A DNA stretch of 64,000 nt, taken from Antedon mediterranea (lineage: Eukaryota; Animalia; Echinodermata). Made by a program: the position numbers and the translations under genes. Where the stretch lies: contig NC_092672.1 in NCBI RefSeq assembly GCF_964355755.1, forward strand, positions 23,635,237-23,699,236, read 5' to 3'. Numbering within the stretch: the stretch's first letter is position 1; each line of letters begins with the position of its first letter. Below, in pieces: positions 14,201-29,200 of the stretch. A model generated the notes under the pieces. The model was not told where the DNA came from and searched no databases. It saw only the letters and a list, made by a program, of their open reading frames with translations.

Positions 14201-17200
14201 GCTGCGTCATGAATATACCATCTATATTGTTCACCCATAACACAAGGTTTGTTGAGCATACCCTACTTAGAACAATTACTAAAATGTCACAGTGGACTGA
14301 AAATCTTAAGATATTTGCTCTATTTAAATGTGATAGAACCGAGGTTTAAGGGTAATAGGAGATGTGGGGTTTGGTTGTCGTCAAAACAAGTGAACAGTAA
14401 GCAGTACAAAACAGCAATGGACAATGACTGAAAGTTAGGTAGACACGGGGTTATCCGGTCCCATATGGGATTTTACGGGATCGAACCATAGCTATCTATT
14501 CCTCAATCCATATAATCCCACAAAGTAATTTTCAAAGGAAACGGGTCACCGAATTATAATTATAATATATTATTACGTTATGTTTATGCCGTACATGTTG
14601 TAGCAGAAACAGGGCCTATCTTACATTAATGGCTCATTGGGATGACTAAAGGTTGGTATTAATAGTAATACCTAAGGGTAGACTCACAGCGTTAGGTTTG
14701 TTATCCAACACAAGGTAATCCTCTCTTGCTAGGGTTCCTATTAACGCAAATGGCGAGGCGTAACAGCTTCCTAACGGTAATCTGCAGCTTAGTTCACATA
14801 CAAAAGTATGTACACTGCTTACATAACGCCACCGTGAGTCTGAACATACCCTAAGACACTGAACAGTACTATGTTTAAAAATAAAGGTGATTAATCAAAG
14901 GCTGATAACTCCTCCACATAAAACTCCTAGAAAGTAGGAAGCATTTTGTCCTCTTCCCTGACTGACTGAGCATATGATCTCTCTATTAATAATTTATATT
15001 GTAAACCTTATTATGTAAACAGAAATATCAATGAAAATTCTTCTTCACTAAAAAGTTTTTAAAGATATGCTACATTATTAGCAATTTACACCTAAATCCA
15101 GCCCTCAGTCTTAACCCTTTTCCAACATGCAATTTGTTTTTTGAGGATATTCACTACATTATTAGCAAATTACCCCCTAAATCCACCCTTTTCCAACATG
15201 GCTGTTGAAAAAGTGTGTCATCCATTGGAATAGTTTTATTGCCAGTATTGTATGTCTGTGGATTTTCCATCTGAATTGACATAGCAGCAATCAATCATTG
15301 TGCCACATATGAATTTCATGTGTGAGAGCATTTCCGGCCATCTAGAGGTGTCATCTATATATAAATTTACGTAAGGGCAAAATTCGGTAAATCGCGCCTT
15401 ACTTTTAGAATTTTTACTCGATGGTATGTAAAGTTGGTTCGTACTTTCGGTACTAATTTTAACCACCTGATGTAACCCTGTTTACTAATTAAATTAAGTT
15501 AGATAATTAGTTATTGACGATTAAAACAAATTTAGGTTCAAAGATTTGCCCCAAATAGGGGTGTTTTCCGATCGTGGTATGCACTGTCTAATGGATGTCC
15601 ATCTTGAAAAATACCCGCCACAAAAATGGGAGGAGGCTTCGCATTTTCCTATCTCCTCCTACGATAATTGTTTTTAATAGCTGAAAACCGGTTGAAAAGC
15701 TCGAGTACAGTATCATAATGTTGAAGACAGGCCGATTTTCTTTTAAAAATATTATTTTGATAGATTTAATATACGTTTATACAAATGTATTGATTTGCGA
15801 AGAATGGAACATTCCAATCTCTGTGTCGTTCCACAAGTTTCTATTCCCTCAGGCGTCGTAAAGGAAAGTACTGTATACTCATAACAGAAATTCGATCCAT
15901 TTTTTTTTCAATCTGTGCTGCAGAGGTTGGATATAATTTTTTTTTAAACGGATAATGAGCTAGCGTTTTCAGTCGCAGTATATTTATGTACAAATCTTTA
16001 TTATTGCAGTTAAACCACCCACATCATCACCCTTCCCTCACTGGCATGAGTAGCGTTGTAAAGCCAGTAGAGGATAGGCCTACAGTGCATCACATGCCCT
16101 AAACGCAGAACAACTTTGGTGGGTAGGGTAGGAACCAACTTAAGTATGAATAGCTCTAAGAAACAACTGAAAACCATTACGGTAGGCCTACTAATTAAGT
16201 TGAGTTAGATAATTTAAAATTTATTGAAGATTAAATCGAATTTATGATTTGCCCCGAATAGAGGTGGTTTTCACAAATTGTTATACATTATATAAACATA
16301 TACACGTCGTAGTGATGTGTCGTTATACACGTACTGTACTTTTCAATCGACTAGGACGGTGATTTCAAAAAAGTATTACATCGCAATGTTTTACTGTGTT
16401 TAGTGGTATAATATTTGTAAAACATGAAAACAATTAATATTTCGTTACTAAATAAATAAAGAATAAATAGATAAAGAATATATTTAAAAACTGTTCCTCT
16501 TTGCACCATCCTCTTCCCCATCCCTCAACCCTAATGTTACATATAAAACACAAATTAAGTTTGTTTAAATTTGACTTAAACAATTGGTCACATTTTGTGA
16601 CAAGTTTCTTTTTCGGAAGTAATTCCCAGGGTGCTAATTTTAGTTGAGTACATAAATCACAGTGTCTATTTATTCGTTCCTGTAAACGACATGTATTATT
16701 GTCCTGCGGTACGTACATTTGAAATCGCCAGTTTTTTAACGCTGACATTATTAGTATTCGAGAACCATCTGTGGGCACGACCTAGATGGTACGCGAGCGA
16801 AGCGAGCGTACCATCTAGTTTAACAAAATTTGCTTTAAATCCCGCTCCCTTTTCAGATCCTGGCTAAGGCCCTGGACATTTGGGCAATCCCCTTACGATA
16901 GTCCTGCTACCGCCCCTGTAAATAATTCTAAGCATGTGAAACAAAATACTGATTATTGATTATTTGAAAGTGGATAATTTAAAAACATAAAATATGTTGG
17001 TATCACATGGATGACACACACACACACAGAGTGATATATCACTTTGTTAGTTTTTCTGTCTAGTGCTGCTATCTGTATCGTGGTATTCAAGCTTTAAAGT
17101 TTAAAAAAATTAAGATAAAATGAGTTGAATATTTATTATTGAAATGAGTAATTATTATTCAATTACATAATAAAAAATTAGTTTTGATAGCTGAATTCAA

Positions 17201-20200
17201 TTAGCTTGGTGTTTATGAACATTACTATTACTACAATAATACATAACTTGCTTGCTCATCTTGATTGTGCTAAATACTTATGCTAGGGTTTTATTTCTAG
17301 ATTTTTCGTCCTCTTTTAATTCTATACAATCAAGTATTTTATTGAAATCAGTAAAACAGCTTAAAGAATAATAGGAACTAAAGAGAACACTAAAGATATT
17401 GTTAAAAGTGCAATAAGTAAAAAGTAATTATGTCGGATGAGTATCACCCTTCCTCACCATTATCTTGTCTTTAGTAAGTCAGGGCGTTTAATATTGTTGG
17501 TGTTCCACTTTAGTGCTTTTTGACAATTAGGCTTAAATATAGTTGTTACTGTGTGCAAAACAATATCAGTTTTTTGTGGCAACAGTGTACAGTTATATGC
17601 TCTAATTTAAAATATAATCTTTAATGTGTATTATTATTATCAATACATAATGCTATACATTATGTTTTTTCACGCTATGGTCATAAATTTCCATTTGAAA
17701 CACTTTATAAAACATTGAAAACAATAGTGCCTTCACCATTTTATTAAATTAATATTTTTTTAAACAGTATTTAATCAATAGTATGTTATTTTGTAGGGTT
17801 TTAATAAAGTTACTGTAATTACTTCCGTAGAAAAAAAATGGTGTTTTCACTTATAAAATGACAAATAAATGGTTAAATTCAACAAAAACCCATTGGCTGG
17901 CAGCCAATTTGAACATTTTTCCTATAAATTATTTATTTAGATTTTTTTTTTTCAGGGGCCATTGCATTTTTAAAAAATTCACAAAGCTTCAATTGTTCTT
18001 ACATGATTTTGTATTTTAAAAGCGCAATTTTTTAAACAAAGTCACTTAAATGCCCTATGATCCCTGTGTATTATAATGATCAAAGATGCTAGTTGTACTG
18101 AATATTTTAGTATGATTTATTCATCATTTTTAGTAATGCATTTTGCCATACTCTCTTTTATTGTCAACACACTACCAACTCCGTCCACCACCTCCTCCTT
18201 ATTAAATAATGAAGAGCAATGATATTATTGGATGTAATATAGACCCATATTAGACCCAGTTTTAGTTTGTAATTATTTTTTCCATAATACATTACAACGG
18301 CCTATACATTTTATATTACACAGTGCCCTCACTCATCATTTATTTTACTTAAATTCTGTTTATATTGTTAGCACTTTCAGTACCAGTGTACTGTTCAATA
18401 AAAACCCAAAAAACTGTACAAAATTGTATTTAATTTAATTTTTTTAGACCTTTTTTGCAAAACAACTTTATTGAAATAGCATTTAAATTTAAAAAAAACT
18501 ATTACCAGCATTAAACTAGATGATGATTTCATTTCATTATTCGGTCTATTTCAGTATATACAAAAAAAATGAAATTGGGGAGACCAGGGTCAACCTAAGT
18601 GAACTTAATCACTGAGACTCTAAGCTCACTATGTCAGTCGGTAGGTCGGTCGGTAAACACTAACTCAAATTTGCACACGTGACTAAAGCCATGTATACGG
18701 CCTTGTTAATCATCTATTTAAATAATAATAAATACAACATAGTATAAAACTGACTCCAAATAACAATGATTCAACGTTTCAAACTTTATTTGATCATCAT
18801 CAGGAATGATGATAAAATGTATTATTACTGGTCCTCAAGTTTAACTGGAAACTGAGGAAATTCGGATTAGGCCCTCCACGGACCCACGGCAGCCAGCAGT
18901 GCAGCGCCTACCAGATCAGCACACCGGGAGACGATCCCCTACTCTTTTCGAATAGTGTACCAAGTTCTTTAGCGTGCACTGTTAAGTACACGGGACCAAC
19001 GGCTTTACGTCCCATCCGAAGGACGAGGCAATGAGAGTAAAGCATCTTGCCTAAGGATGCAATTAGTATGGTGCAGATAACCTCGAACCCATGCCTATCA
19101 CATGCTAGTTCGCTATTACCTTTCCACCATCACTCTCTGGTGTATATACAGCACCCGCCGCTATTTCTAAACGGTCTCCCATCCAGAACGCAACCGGGCC
19201 CAACGTTGCTTAACTTCGGTGATCTGACGAGAACCGGTGTTTCAACGCAGTATGGCCGTATAATTTGCACACGTGACTAAAGTCATGTATACGGCCTTGT
19301 TAATCATCTATTTAAATAATAATAAATACAACATAGTATAAAACTGACTCCAAATAACAATGATTCAACGTTTCAAACTTTATTTGATCATCATCAGGAA
19401 TGATGATAAAATGTAAGCATTATTGTTATTATTATGGAATGCTTTTTTAAATAGGTAACAGCAGTGAGCACCAGTGCTTTGCACAGTCTGTAGTATAATT
19501 AAAATGATTCCATCTTCTATCATTGTTATATTTATTCATCTTCTTCATCATTATAAGACAATAACAAACAAACTCGTTTAAATATAAATCTACCCACTGT
19601 AATGTTGGTGTTGCTACAGTTGTTCATACTTTAGAACAATGACAGATTATCAATTCTTACTTTATAGCATTCATTCAAGTATAAGCAATAATGTCAACAG
19701 TATACTATTTGAAAATCACAATATAAAGAGATCAACTTTATTATTATGATTTTGTAAAGCTTAATATTTGTTAACATACTGTTCATTCTTTTAAATTCAA
19801 ACTTTATTTATCCACAAAATATCAAAGATTAAAAATAAACTTGTTTCAAAAATGAAAAAAATTTAAAACAGTGATCGTGCCTTTAGTTGGTCATTGACAC
19901 TATTTTAACTAAAATAACTAACTAAAATTTAAAGTTTAGTTAACAAAGTTCAAAAGGATGAATTAAAACACCTAATAAAAACCTTAAAAAGAGGCTACGA
20001 GGATGCTTGTTTTTCTTGTCTTACCATTATTGAATAAATGTTATTGAATTGAAATTAAATTGAATTGAATTAACAGCCACCACATATTATAATATACATT
20101 AATGACAAAATATGATGTTTTAATTAAGTTTAACTAAAAATGAAAAACTACAATGTGTATTCCCTTTGCGTACTGATCAGTCATTTTTTATTGTTGCAAG

Positions 20201-23200
20201 GTTTCAAAATGATGCAATGAACTTTACTCCGTCCATTGGATTGAATGTTAAATCGACCAAATATAAGTCCTGATAATGAACAGAACAGAGTATGCTCAGT
20301 ATAATGTGCATAAGCATGCGCAGATTAATATTTTGTGTAGATTACCGTGATCCTTTCATCTACCGTCCACCTTTGTCTACCATACTGTCATAAAGTCAAC
20401 TACCACACTTTATTTCAAAGGATAACATTTTTAGCATAATTATTTTTTTTGTTAAATGGTTGCATAATTTAGTTATCCACACCTTGGCAGATAACTCCTT
20501 GTGATTGTATAAATTCATCATCAACTTTTTTTATCTGTATTATTTTTTTTTCATTCAACATTTCATAATTTCGTAAAGTTGTGCACCTACTATTTTTTTT
20601 AAACGTCAGAGTTGCGCAACATTTCTTGCGCGCGATTTTATGAATTTAAATGATTGATCATAGATTATAAACCAAACGTCATTTTGTATTGACACATTTT
20701 TTATTTAAGTCATATCAAGAGTCAACTTTCTGTAGATTAAAAATGCCATGTTTCACACAAAGTTACGCGCACAAAATTTTTTCTTACAACCAACACCTGC
20801 AATTGCTGTAACTAATAATGCGTATTTTCATTAAAAGCCTTAAAAGAATTGAAAAGTCAATTAAACCATATCAAATTTTATTTTAATGATTTTACTGATT
20901 TTGATTTTAAATGTAATATGGCTACCCTTACAGTACATGATGGCATTGTTAACCCTATTTCACATTGACCATTCTTATTATTTTAAATGCATAATTATGG
21001 CTACTCATACATGCTGATTGCATTCTTAACCCTATTTCACATTGACTATTCTTTTTATTGTACAAGTTACTAAATGTTTTAGTTTACTTAATTCACTTCC
21101 CACAACGTTAATCAATAATCACCTTGACAAATTTCAATATAAATTTACCTCCTGGTTCATCCTGTTTTTCATCACTGTTTTCCTCCTTGTACTCTATTTG
21201 CACAAACATACTTTGCCTATTATATTATTCTTAATAGTTGTTGTTTACAATAGTGATGAAAGCATTAATTTTGAAAATTTCTGTAATTTCGCGTGGAAGT
21301 AATCATATTTATCTTAATTTATGTCATGTTCATCCCACCAAAATCTGATGATGAAAACAGTTACCATGAAATTAGTACTTATGTAGAAACAAGGCTATAT
21401 AAAAAAAAAGGATAGATTCAGGGTTTAACAAAATATATGACATAATCAATTTTAACCGGCTGAAAACATCTATTGAAATCCTCCATACATTATGTAGAAG
21501 AGCTGACTATTGCAATATGCTTTATTAGTTGATGCCATTCCAAAAGATTGTAAGTATAATTAAGAATCATAACAACAATATGTCTGTACATATTAAGGAT
21601 GAATGTATTATAACAATATAACACATAACACATAACAGCAAAATGTATACTCATGCTTTAAATCAAAAGCTATTACTTCTCGTGTTTTAAACAAATGGAA
21701 TGTTGCTCTCAACGCCCAAAACATAAATCCGATAAAGAAGGTGAAAAATGAAAAAATATACTAAATTATAAACCATTACATAAAATTGTTCCAACTAACT
21801 TACAGCTGTATCTGGAAATTGAAAAAAATGAATGTTATATAATGTGTTACTGAAAATGAAAAGTATATGTTCTTTTATATTGTATACATAACAAATTATG
21901 GAAAAATATTGATAACATTTTTATAGGAATAGACAATAGCAGAAGTTCATTTAAAGAACCTCTTTAATGCATGGCTCAGATTGTCTACAGTATATACATA
22001 TATACAGTGCTTAAATGCTTTAAGTATCTAATACCTTGCAATTGTATATTCTTTTAACAATCATAAATCATACAGGTTTGATAATGCATTTTTTCTCATA
22101 TTTGTATAATTTTCTAACAATTTGAATAAAATAGGTGTTTATCAAGTCAATACTGTATTCAAATTTAGGAACAGCTTAATCACAAAATAATGGGATCATT
22201 GTGCACTTTGTAATATTAATAATTCATTATATGATGTATAGATACTTTAACACTTCTTTATTGTATCTTGAACTTTGTTGTTATCATTGATACAATAATA
22301 CATGAATCAGGTGTCAAGTGTCAACAATTATAGAGCATTTATATTAACAGTTAATGTTGACTGATATGATTTTACTGTACCTTTCATCTCATCTTGAAAA
22401 TTAAAAAAGTAAATAAAAATTAATCAAATATTAAAAATAATACAAATATAAATAAGGCTGATATTGATGATATTGATTGCAATTTGCCTAATGAGGTTTG
22501 ATGATTAAAATGAGAATTCAGCAGGGTGAATTTTCAATACAAGATGTAGGCCTACTGTAAGTAATAATTGTTGTATATTGTGCTCTGGGAATGAATGATT
22601 ACACTAAGTATTTCACTAAGAAATCAGACCATGTGCTAATGTTCAGCCATCTTGTAGAACTCCTTTATTAGTCTCCAATCCAGTCGTTAAATTGCTAATA
22701 TGAATATATTACATTACTTCCTTCTTTTAAAATTGAGTCAAGTGATACAGGTATTAGTTTTGTAAAATACAGTATTAATTATAGTATGGCTATCTAACAT
22801 AACATTCTAAAACTAAGTAACAATAAACATAATGCATATAACAAAAACAAGATCTTCTAGATTCAAATTAACTATATAATGATTACATCTTATTTCCTTT
22901 TTCCTTTCTCTCTCTTTACATCAGATGTGGTATCCAACATCATGTGATTAGGATGTATTTTTTTAACCAATCGTCCTATTTTAACTTCATACTTTCTTGG
23001 ACCTAATACCTTTATTACTATGCCATTTAGCCATTTATCTTGTCCTTTACCTTGTGTTCTCGTGTTTTTCACTTTTACTTTGTCTGACACTGAAAAGATT
23101 CTTTCTGATTGTGTTTTAGGATCTTTATGTAGTTTTTGGCTATATTGTTTACATTCTATTCGTTCTGCTAAACTAGGATTTACTAATGACAGTCTTGTTC

Positions 23201-26200
23201 TTAAATTTCTTTTCAGAAATAATTCAGATGGTGTACACTTAGTAGTTGTATGAGGTGTCATTCTGTATCTGAATAAAAAGTTAGCTAGTCTAACTTTGAT
23301 ATTATCCTTTTTGCCTTCAATCACTTGTTTTGTTAACGCCTCTTTAATTACTCTAACCGATCTTTCGGTAGCCCCATTTGTGGGTGCATGATAAACAGGT
23401 GAAAACGTTAATGCAATACCATTATTTTGGCAAAATATTTTAAAGTCTGTACTTGCAAACTGAGGACCGTTATCACAAACAATTTCCTCGGGTAAACCGA
23501 AACGTGCAAATATTAGTTTTAGTTCCTCAATGGTTCTAGTACTTGTGGTTGTTTTCATATGAACTACCTCTAACCACTTTGAGTGACTATCAATTAGCAC
23601 TAAGAAATTATCTTTATCCTTCTCACAAAAATCAATGTGAATTCTCTGGAATGGTCTAGTTGGCCATTTCCAAGGAATAAGTGGTGTGGTAGGTAAACTA
23701 CTCCTAACACTTTGGCATGGATTACAACTCTTAACCAAATTCTCAATATCTAGATCAAGCTTAGGCCACCACAGGTATGATCGGGCAATTGCCTTCATCT
23801 GGCAAATTCCAGGGTGTTCCCAATGTAATTATGTTAGCATTTTATCTCGTAATTCAGTAGGAATAATAACTCTAGGACCCCATAATAGGAAATTTCCAAC
23901 ACATGTTAGCTCAAGCTTTCTCTGTACAAATGGTTTCAAACTATTATTTTCACTTAGAAGTTTACATGCAGCCTCATTAGGCCATCCTTGCTTTACATAA
24001 TTAAGTACCTTACTTAAAGTTTCATCTTTAATAGTCTTTCTTTCAATTTCATCTGCTTTGATTGGAAAGTCTTCATCAATACTGATACTGTAGATCGCAT
24101 GTTCAAGTTGTTGGGTTTCTTCTTTATGTGGTAAGCGCGATAATGCGTCTGCCACTGCGTTATCCTCTGAACGTATGTATTCTATTTCGTAGTTGTATTC
24201 GTTAAGTAGTAACGCCCACCGTTGGATTCTACTAGCTGCCACTACCGGCACCTCGGTGGATGGACCTAGTATCTTAGTTAATGATTTGTGGTCCGTACGA
24301 ATCGTAAATTTTCGACCTATGAGATACTTGTTAAAGCGCTTGATTCCATAAATAATTGATAACGCTTCCTTCTCGAGCTGTGCATAACCTTGTTCACTCT
24401 TTGTTAGCGTTCGCGATGCGTAATGAATGGGTCTCTCTGTATTATCATCCATTATGTGCGAAATAACAGCACCTATGCCATAAGGACTAGCATCAGTACA
24501 CAACATTAATGGTCGCTTTACATCATAATGTGTTAAACACAAATCTGAAGTTAGTTGTTTCTTACACCAGTCAAATGCGTTTTGGTGATCCGCTGTCCAT
24601 TCCCACTCTACGTCATCTTTCAACAGTGTATTTAATGGTTTCAACACTGTAGATAAGTTCTGTAAGAATTTCGAATAGAACTGCACCATCCCTAGGAAGG
24701 ATCTTAGTTGTTTGGTGTTTTGTGGCTGCGGAGCCTCTTTAATCGGTTTGATTTTGCTATCAACCGGAGATATACCATGTTTGTCGACTCGCAATCCCAA
24801 ATACACTACTTCGCTTTCCAAAAATTTGCACTTGGAAGTTTTTAGTTTTACATTGTTGTCTTTGAAACGTTTAAATACAGTGTCTAATACTCTTAAGTCC
24901 TCGGCTTTGGTTTTCGTATGGATCAAAACATCATCTTGATTGCATAAGCAACATTCAATCCCTGTTAACATCTTATCCATTTGTTTTTGGAACAGCTTTG
25001 ATGCAGGTTTAATTCCATACGGCAGTTTGTTAAACGTATATAGACCTTTGTGTGTGTTTATAGTTACAAACTCTTTACTCTCTTCGTCAATATTCAACTG
25101 TGTGTACGCATGTGATAAGTCAAGCTTTGTAAATACACGTTTTCCTGAAAGTTTAGAGTACAAATCATCAGCACTGGGTAAGCTGTATTCTTCATCTGTT
25201 ACATGTTGGTTTATGGTAACACTATAGTCCCCACAAATTCTGACAGTACCGTCGGATTTAGGAACCACTACTATAGGTGATGCCCATTTCTACTTTCGTT
25301 AGTACATGTTCATTTTCTAATCTAACCAACTCTCTTTCTACTTTAGATTTCATTGCATATGGTACAAATCTAGCTTTACAATATATGGGTTGAACATTTT
25401 GTTTCATGTTAATATGAACTTTTTCTCCTGTAATACCTTTCTTATCAGACTCAAACAATTGTGCATGTTCTTTTAACAATGCCTGTAACTGAGAATTATC
25501 TCTCAAATTTACACCTTTATCTTTTTGCAGACTATTTACATTTCTGGAATTTAAGTTTTGGGTTATTTTTGACCAGTCTAGTTTAACCACATTAAGCCAA
25601 TCTACACCAAGTAAAGTCGGTTTAGCTTTATAGTCAGCTACGTTAGCACTCAGATAGTGTATGACATTTTGTTTGTCAACAACTTTACACTTAATTTTTC
25701 CAATTAACTTAAGTTTCTCACCACTGTATGTTTTAAGAGGAATAACATCTGGGTCAATTTTAATATGACTAAAATATTTGTTGTAGGTATCAATAGACAT
25801 TATAGTATCATCAGCTTGAGTATCAATTAGCATTTCAAGATTAACATCATTTACGTTTAAAATGGTTTCGAAATGACTTCTATCTATCTTATTATTACTT
25901 AATACAAACATTGAATGATCACTGTCGCTATCATCTGAGAACCCTCGTTCTGTTTGATTGACACGTCTAGCTCGTGCTCGTGTACTTCCTGTTTGATTAC
26001 CGCGTCTTCTATTACCACCGCGTGAACTTTGGTCGTTATGTCGCTGGTTGTTTCTACCACATGAATAATTTCCCTTGTGTGTACTCTTTGAATAACACTG
26101 TGTTGCGTAATGTCCTACTCTTGAACAACGATAGCATATTATTCTATTGCTAGCTGGACACTGTGAAGCGGTATGGCCTGGTGTAGAACCACACTTATTA

Positions 26201-29200
26201 CATTGCTTCGCTTGAGTTATTTTATTAACTGAATGATCTGCCTTAGTCTCGCCACTACGACTAGGCATACTACTACTAGTATTATCACCGTTCTCCATTT
26301 CATTAGATTGTTTAGTTGTTAGTTCATTTGTCCTACCATGTAGAAGTAACTCATCTAATGTACATCCACCCGTTTTCAAACCAAATTTTCTTAGCTTAGA
26401 ATCTGTTGTCGATTGAATAATATGTGATTTAATCTCTCCACTGATATCATGGAAATCACACTTATCAGCTTGTTCACGTAGTCTAATGTGATACACGTCA
26501 ATGCTCTCACCTTTATTTTGCTGTAACTTTCTAAATTTCGATCTTTCAAATTCACTGTTCGATGATGGTAAGAAGTAATTTTTTAAAGCTTCTTTTGCCT
26601 GTACGTATGTCGTACCTTTATTTGGTAGCATTTCAAATGTGTTAAAGTTACCTGGGCCAATGAAGTGTAGCAGTAGTGCTCTCTTCCTTACGTCAGCAGT
26701 CACGTTCGCCGCCACCAAGTAGTTATCAAACCTGGCGATCCATCTCGCCCATTCTTGTATGGTTGGATCAAAATACTCCACCGATATGTCAAATTTAGAC
26801 ATTATTGCTTACTTATAATATTCACGGAGTTCACTTATCCACAATTCTCGTCGCCAATGTTGTATATTGTGCTCTGGGAATGAATGATTACACTAAGTAT
26901 TTCACTAAGAAATCAGACCATGTGCTAATGTTCAGCCATCTTGTAGAACTCCTTTATTAGTCTCCAATCCAGTCGTTAAATTGCTAATATGAATATATTA
27001 CAATAATAACCTGTCATTCTTTTAAAATACAAAATAAATTGGCAAATTGATGGTAAATACCACTTAAAAGAGTTTATATGAAAGTATTTGTATGAAAAAA
27101 TTGAATTATCATATGCATTTATTATTTTTAGAATGGAAACACACCTCTGATTGAAGCTGCATATAAAGGTTTTCACGAAGTCTGCTTGGTGCTTCTCAAT
27201 AAGGGAGCTGATGTAAATCACCAAAACAAGGTACTTCACACATTTTATTTCAAACATTTTTAAATACATATTTATGTGGACATATTATGTGGACAGTACA
27301 TATTATTAATAATTTATGTTTTGTCATTGATAATGGGATTGTAGGATAATTCAAAATTAGTACTAGTTCAAAATCTAGACTAGTAGTATATTTAAATTTG
27401 TTTGAAAATATATACCACAAATATTTGTTGACATGTGCACAACAAATAGTTTATTTATTTTGCCTAATGTATCACTCAACTTTGCTATTTTGTAAAGAAA
27501 TTAATCAAAGCATTGTCATTTAAAGTTTACATTATTTATATATGCAGTATGTTTATTTACATATTTCTTGGTAGCAGAAATAAAGCTCACCTTATTCTGT
27601 TATGTATTTCCTCACAGTGGTTTGAATTCAGTACATTGCATTTCATATGCCATTTCTAATGCCTTACTTTACTGTATATTTTTCCCCCTTCACCATAACA
27701 AATCTTTAAAACTCAATTTTTTAAAAACTGTTCTTCTTTTCTATTGTTTGTGACTGATTCTAGTATGTCTTGTCACTCAATAAATATTATTTACCACCAA
27801 AAACGTACATTGTCTCTATACTTACCTATATTTCCCGAGAACTTTAATTTTACCAGGAAAATGATTTAAATGAAAAGAAGAATCATTACCAAAAAAAAAA
27901 AGTGAAAATCATTATGTAGTTAAATGTAATAATGTGGGCACAATTATTGTTATTATTTTTTAGCCATTTAATGCATGGGTTACCACAATGCTTTCTTATT
28001 TATGTTATAATTTAAGAATCTGTTTTTAAAAATGATTTCATAATAAATATCTGCTAATTAATTAATAAATGTATGTTTAAAATAAAAAAAACAAAAATGA
28101 AATTAATTCTAAATAGGCCATGTGGTTTTTCTTGGTCAGAATAGCATATAGCTTGTTAGGTTGAGTTAATTAATGGAGGTTTGCGCAGGGTTTTTGGGGT
28201 TTGTGCAGTTTAGCAATACCCCTGTGTTATTGATCTTGATCATCAAGTTAGTGAGGGTTTTAATATATTCCTGTCAGTCTGAATGGCAATATGCTATATA
28301 TGGTGACAAAAATAATAATACATAGCCATGTCCTATATTGAATCCCAAATTCATAAGTTTTTATGTAGACTTTGACAATATTATTTGCATACAAACCAGC
28401 AGCCACTTCCAGACATGAGGCACTTTTGCGCTACCTAACAGGTAAAAGGCAACGCAATAGGGGGCGCAATTGCGTTTGCTAAGGAGTTCACAATAACACT
28501 GGAAGCTAAGTTTCTCAAAGGTATGACCCCTTTTAGCAATGGGCTTAGCATCCAGTGAAGCTAAAATCCTCTCTAAAACTGTGCGATAAATCGTGACATT
28601 TTGATGCCGGACATAACTACTAATTTCACCCCATCATTTCCCACACTTGTGTTACCAAGTCCTCGGTAATATACCTCATAAATGCTGCACCTCCCCGTAT
28701 GGAAATATTTAACAGTGACTTTTATATTCATACAGCAAAAACTGGATAACAAGATATGAAGCAACAAACAAAAATTTATATAAAAATATCTTACACAAAG
28801 AGTGAATAGGTTCACATTAAAAAAAACTGATACATTCACTTTGTGGTGATTGGCCATTGTATTGGTCTAAGTTTAAAAATGACTTCACAAGCTTTGTTCG
28901 ATCGCATTTAAGAAATAAATTTTCAATCAACAATTCTGATAATTATTAGAACTGTGCATATACTGAACTTATACAAATGCACAGAGTAATTGTTTGTTTT
29001 TTATAATCGTCTACCGACTACTGTCTCATGTAAAACTTTTAGGTTCCTTACTCCAAACATGACTTTGAGTTAACAACTCATAAACTATTATTTTGTTATT
29101 GTTGAAAGAGAAATTGAACTTGAATGTATCACCTGGTTTCCACCTTATACATCCTTGAAACTCATCAAGACACAGATACAATCACTCATAAATTTATACA

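Larger units (their letters stand above)
22569..27002 (-). mobile_element. Full-length Ty3/gypsy LTR retrotransposon, Mag-like lineage
   Basis: Identical 145-bp TG...CA LTRs; 5-bp TSD ATAAT (22564-22568, 27003-27007); PBS TGGCGACGAG; polypurine tract next to the 3' LTR; order gag(2x CCHC)-PR-RT-RNH-IN. Confidence 0.97.

Noticed and set aside
19145-19261. Functional 5S rRNA gene
   Set aside because: The 3' half is diverged, there is no T-run terminator, and it is fused to a SINE body.
21380-21900. Possible L1/Tx1-like C-terminal remnant (AIPK.., C..E.E...F..C-like traces)
   Set aside because: Too degraded to support by eye.
23020-25227. Plus-strand ORFs overlapping the gypsy pol region
   Set aside because: They are antisense shadows of the coding strand with no motifs.
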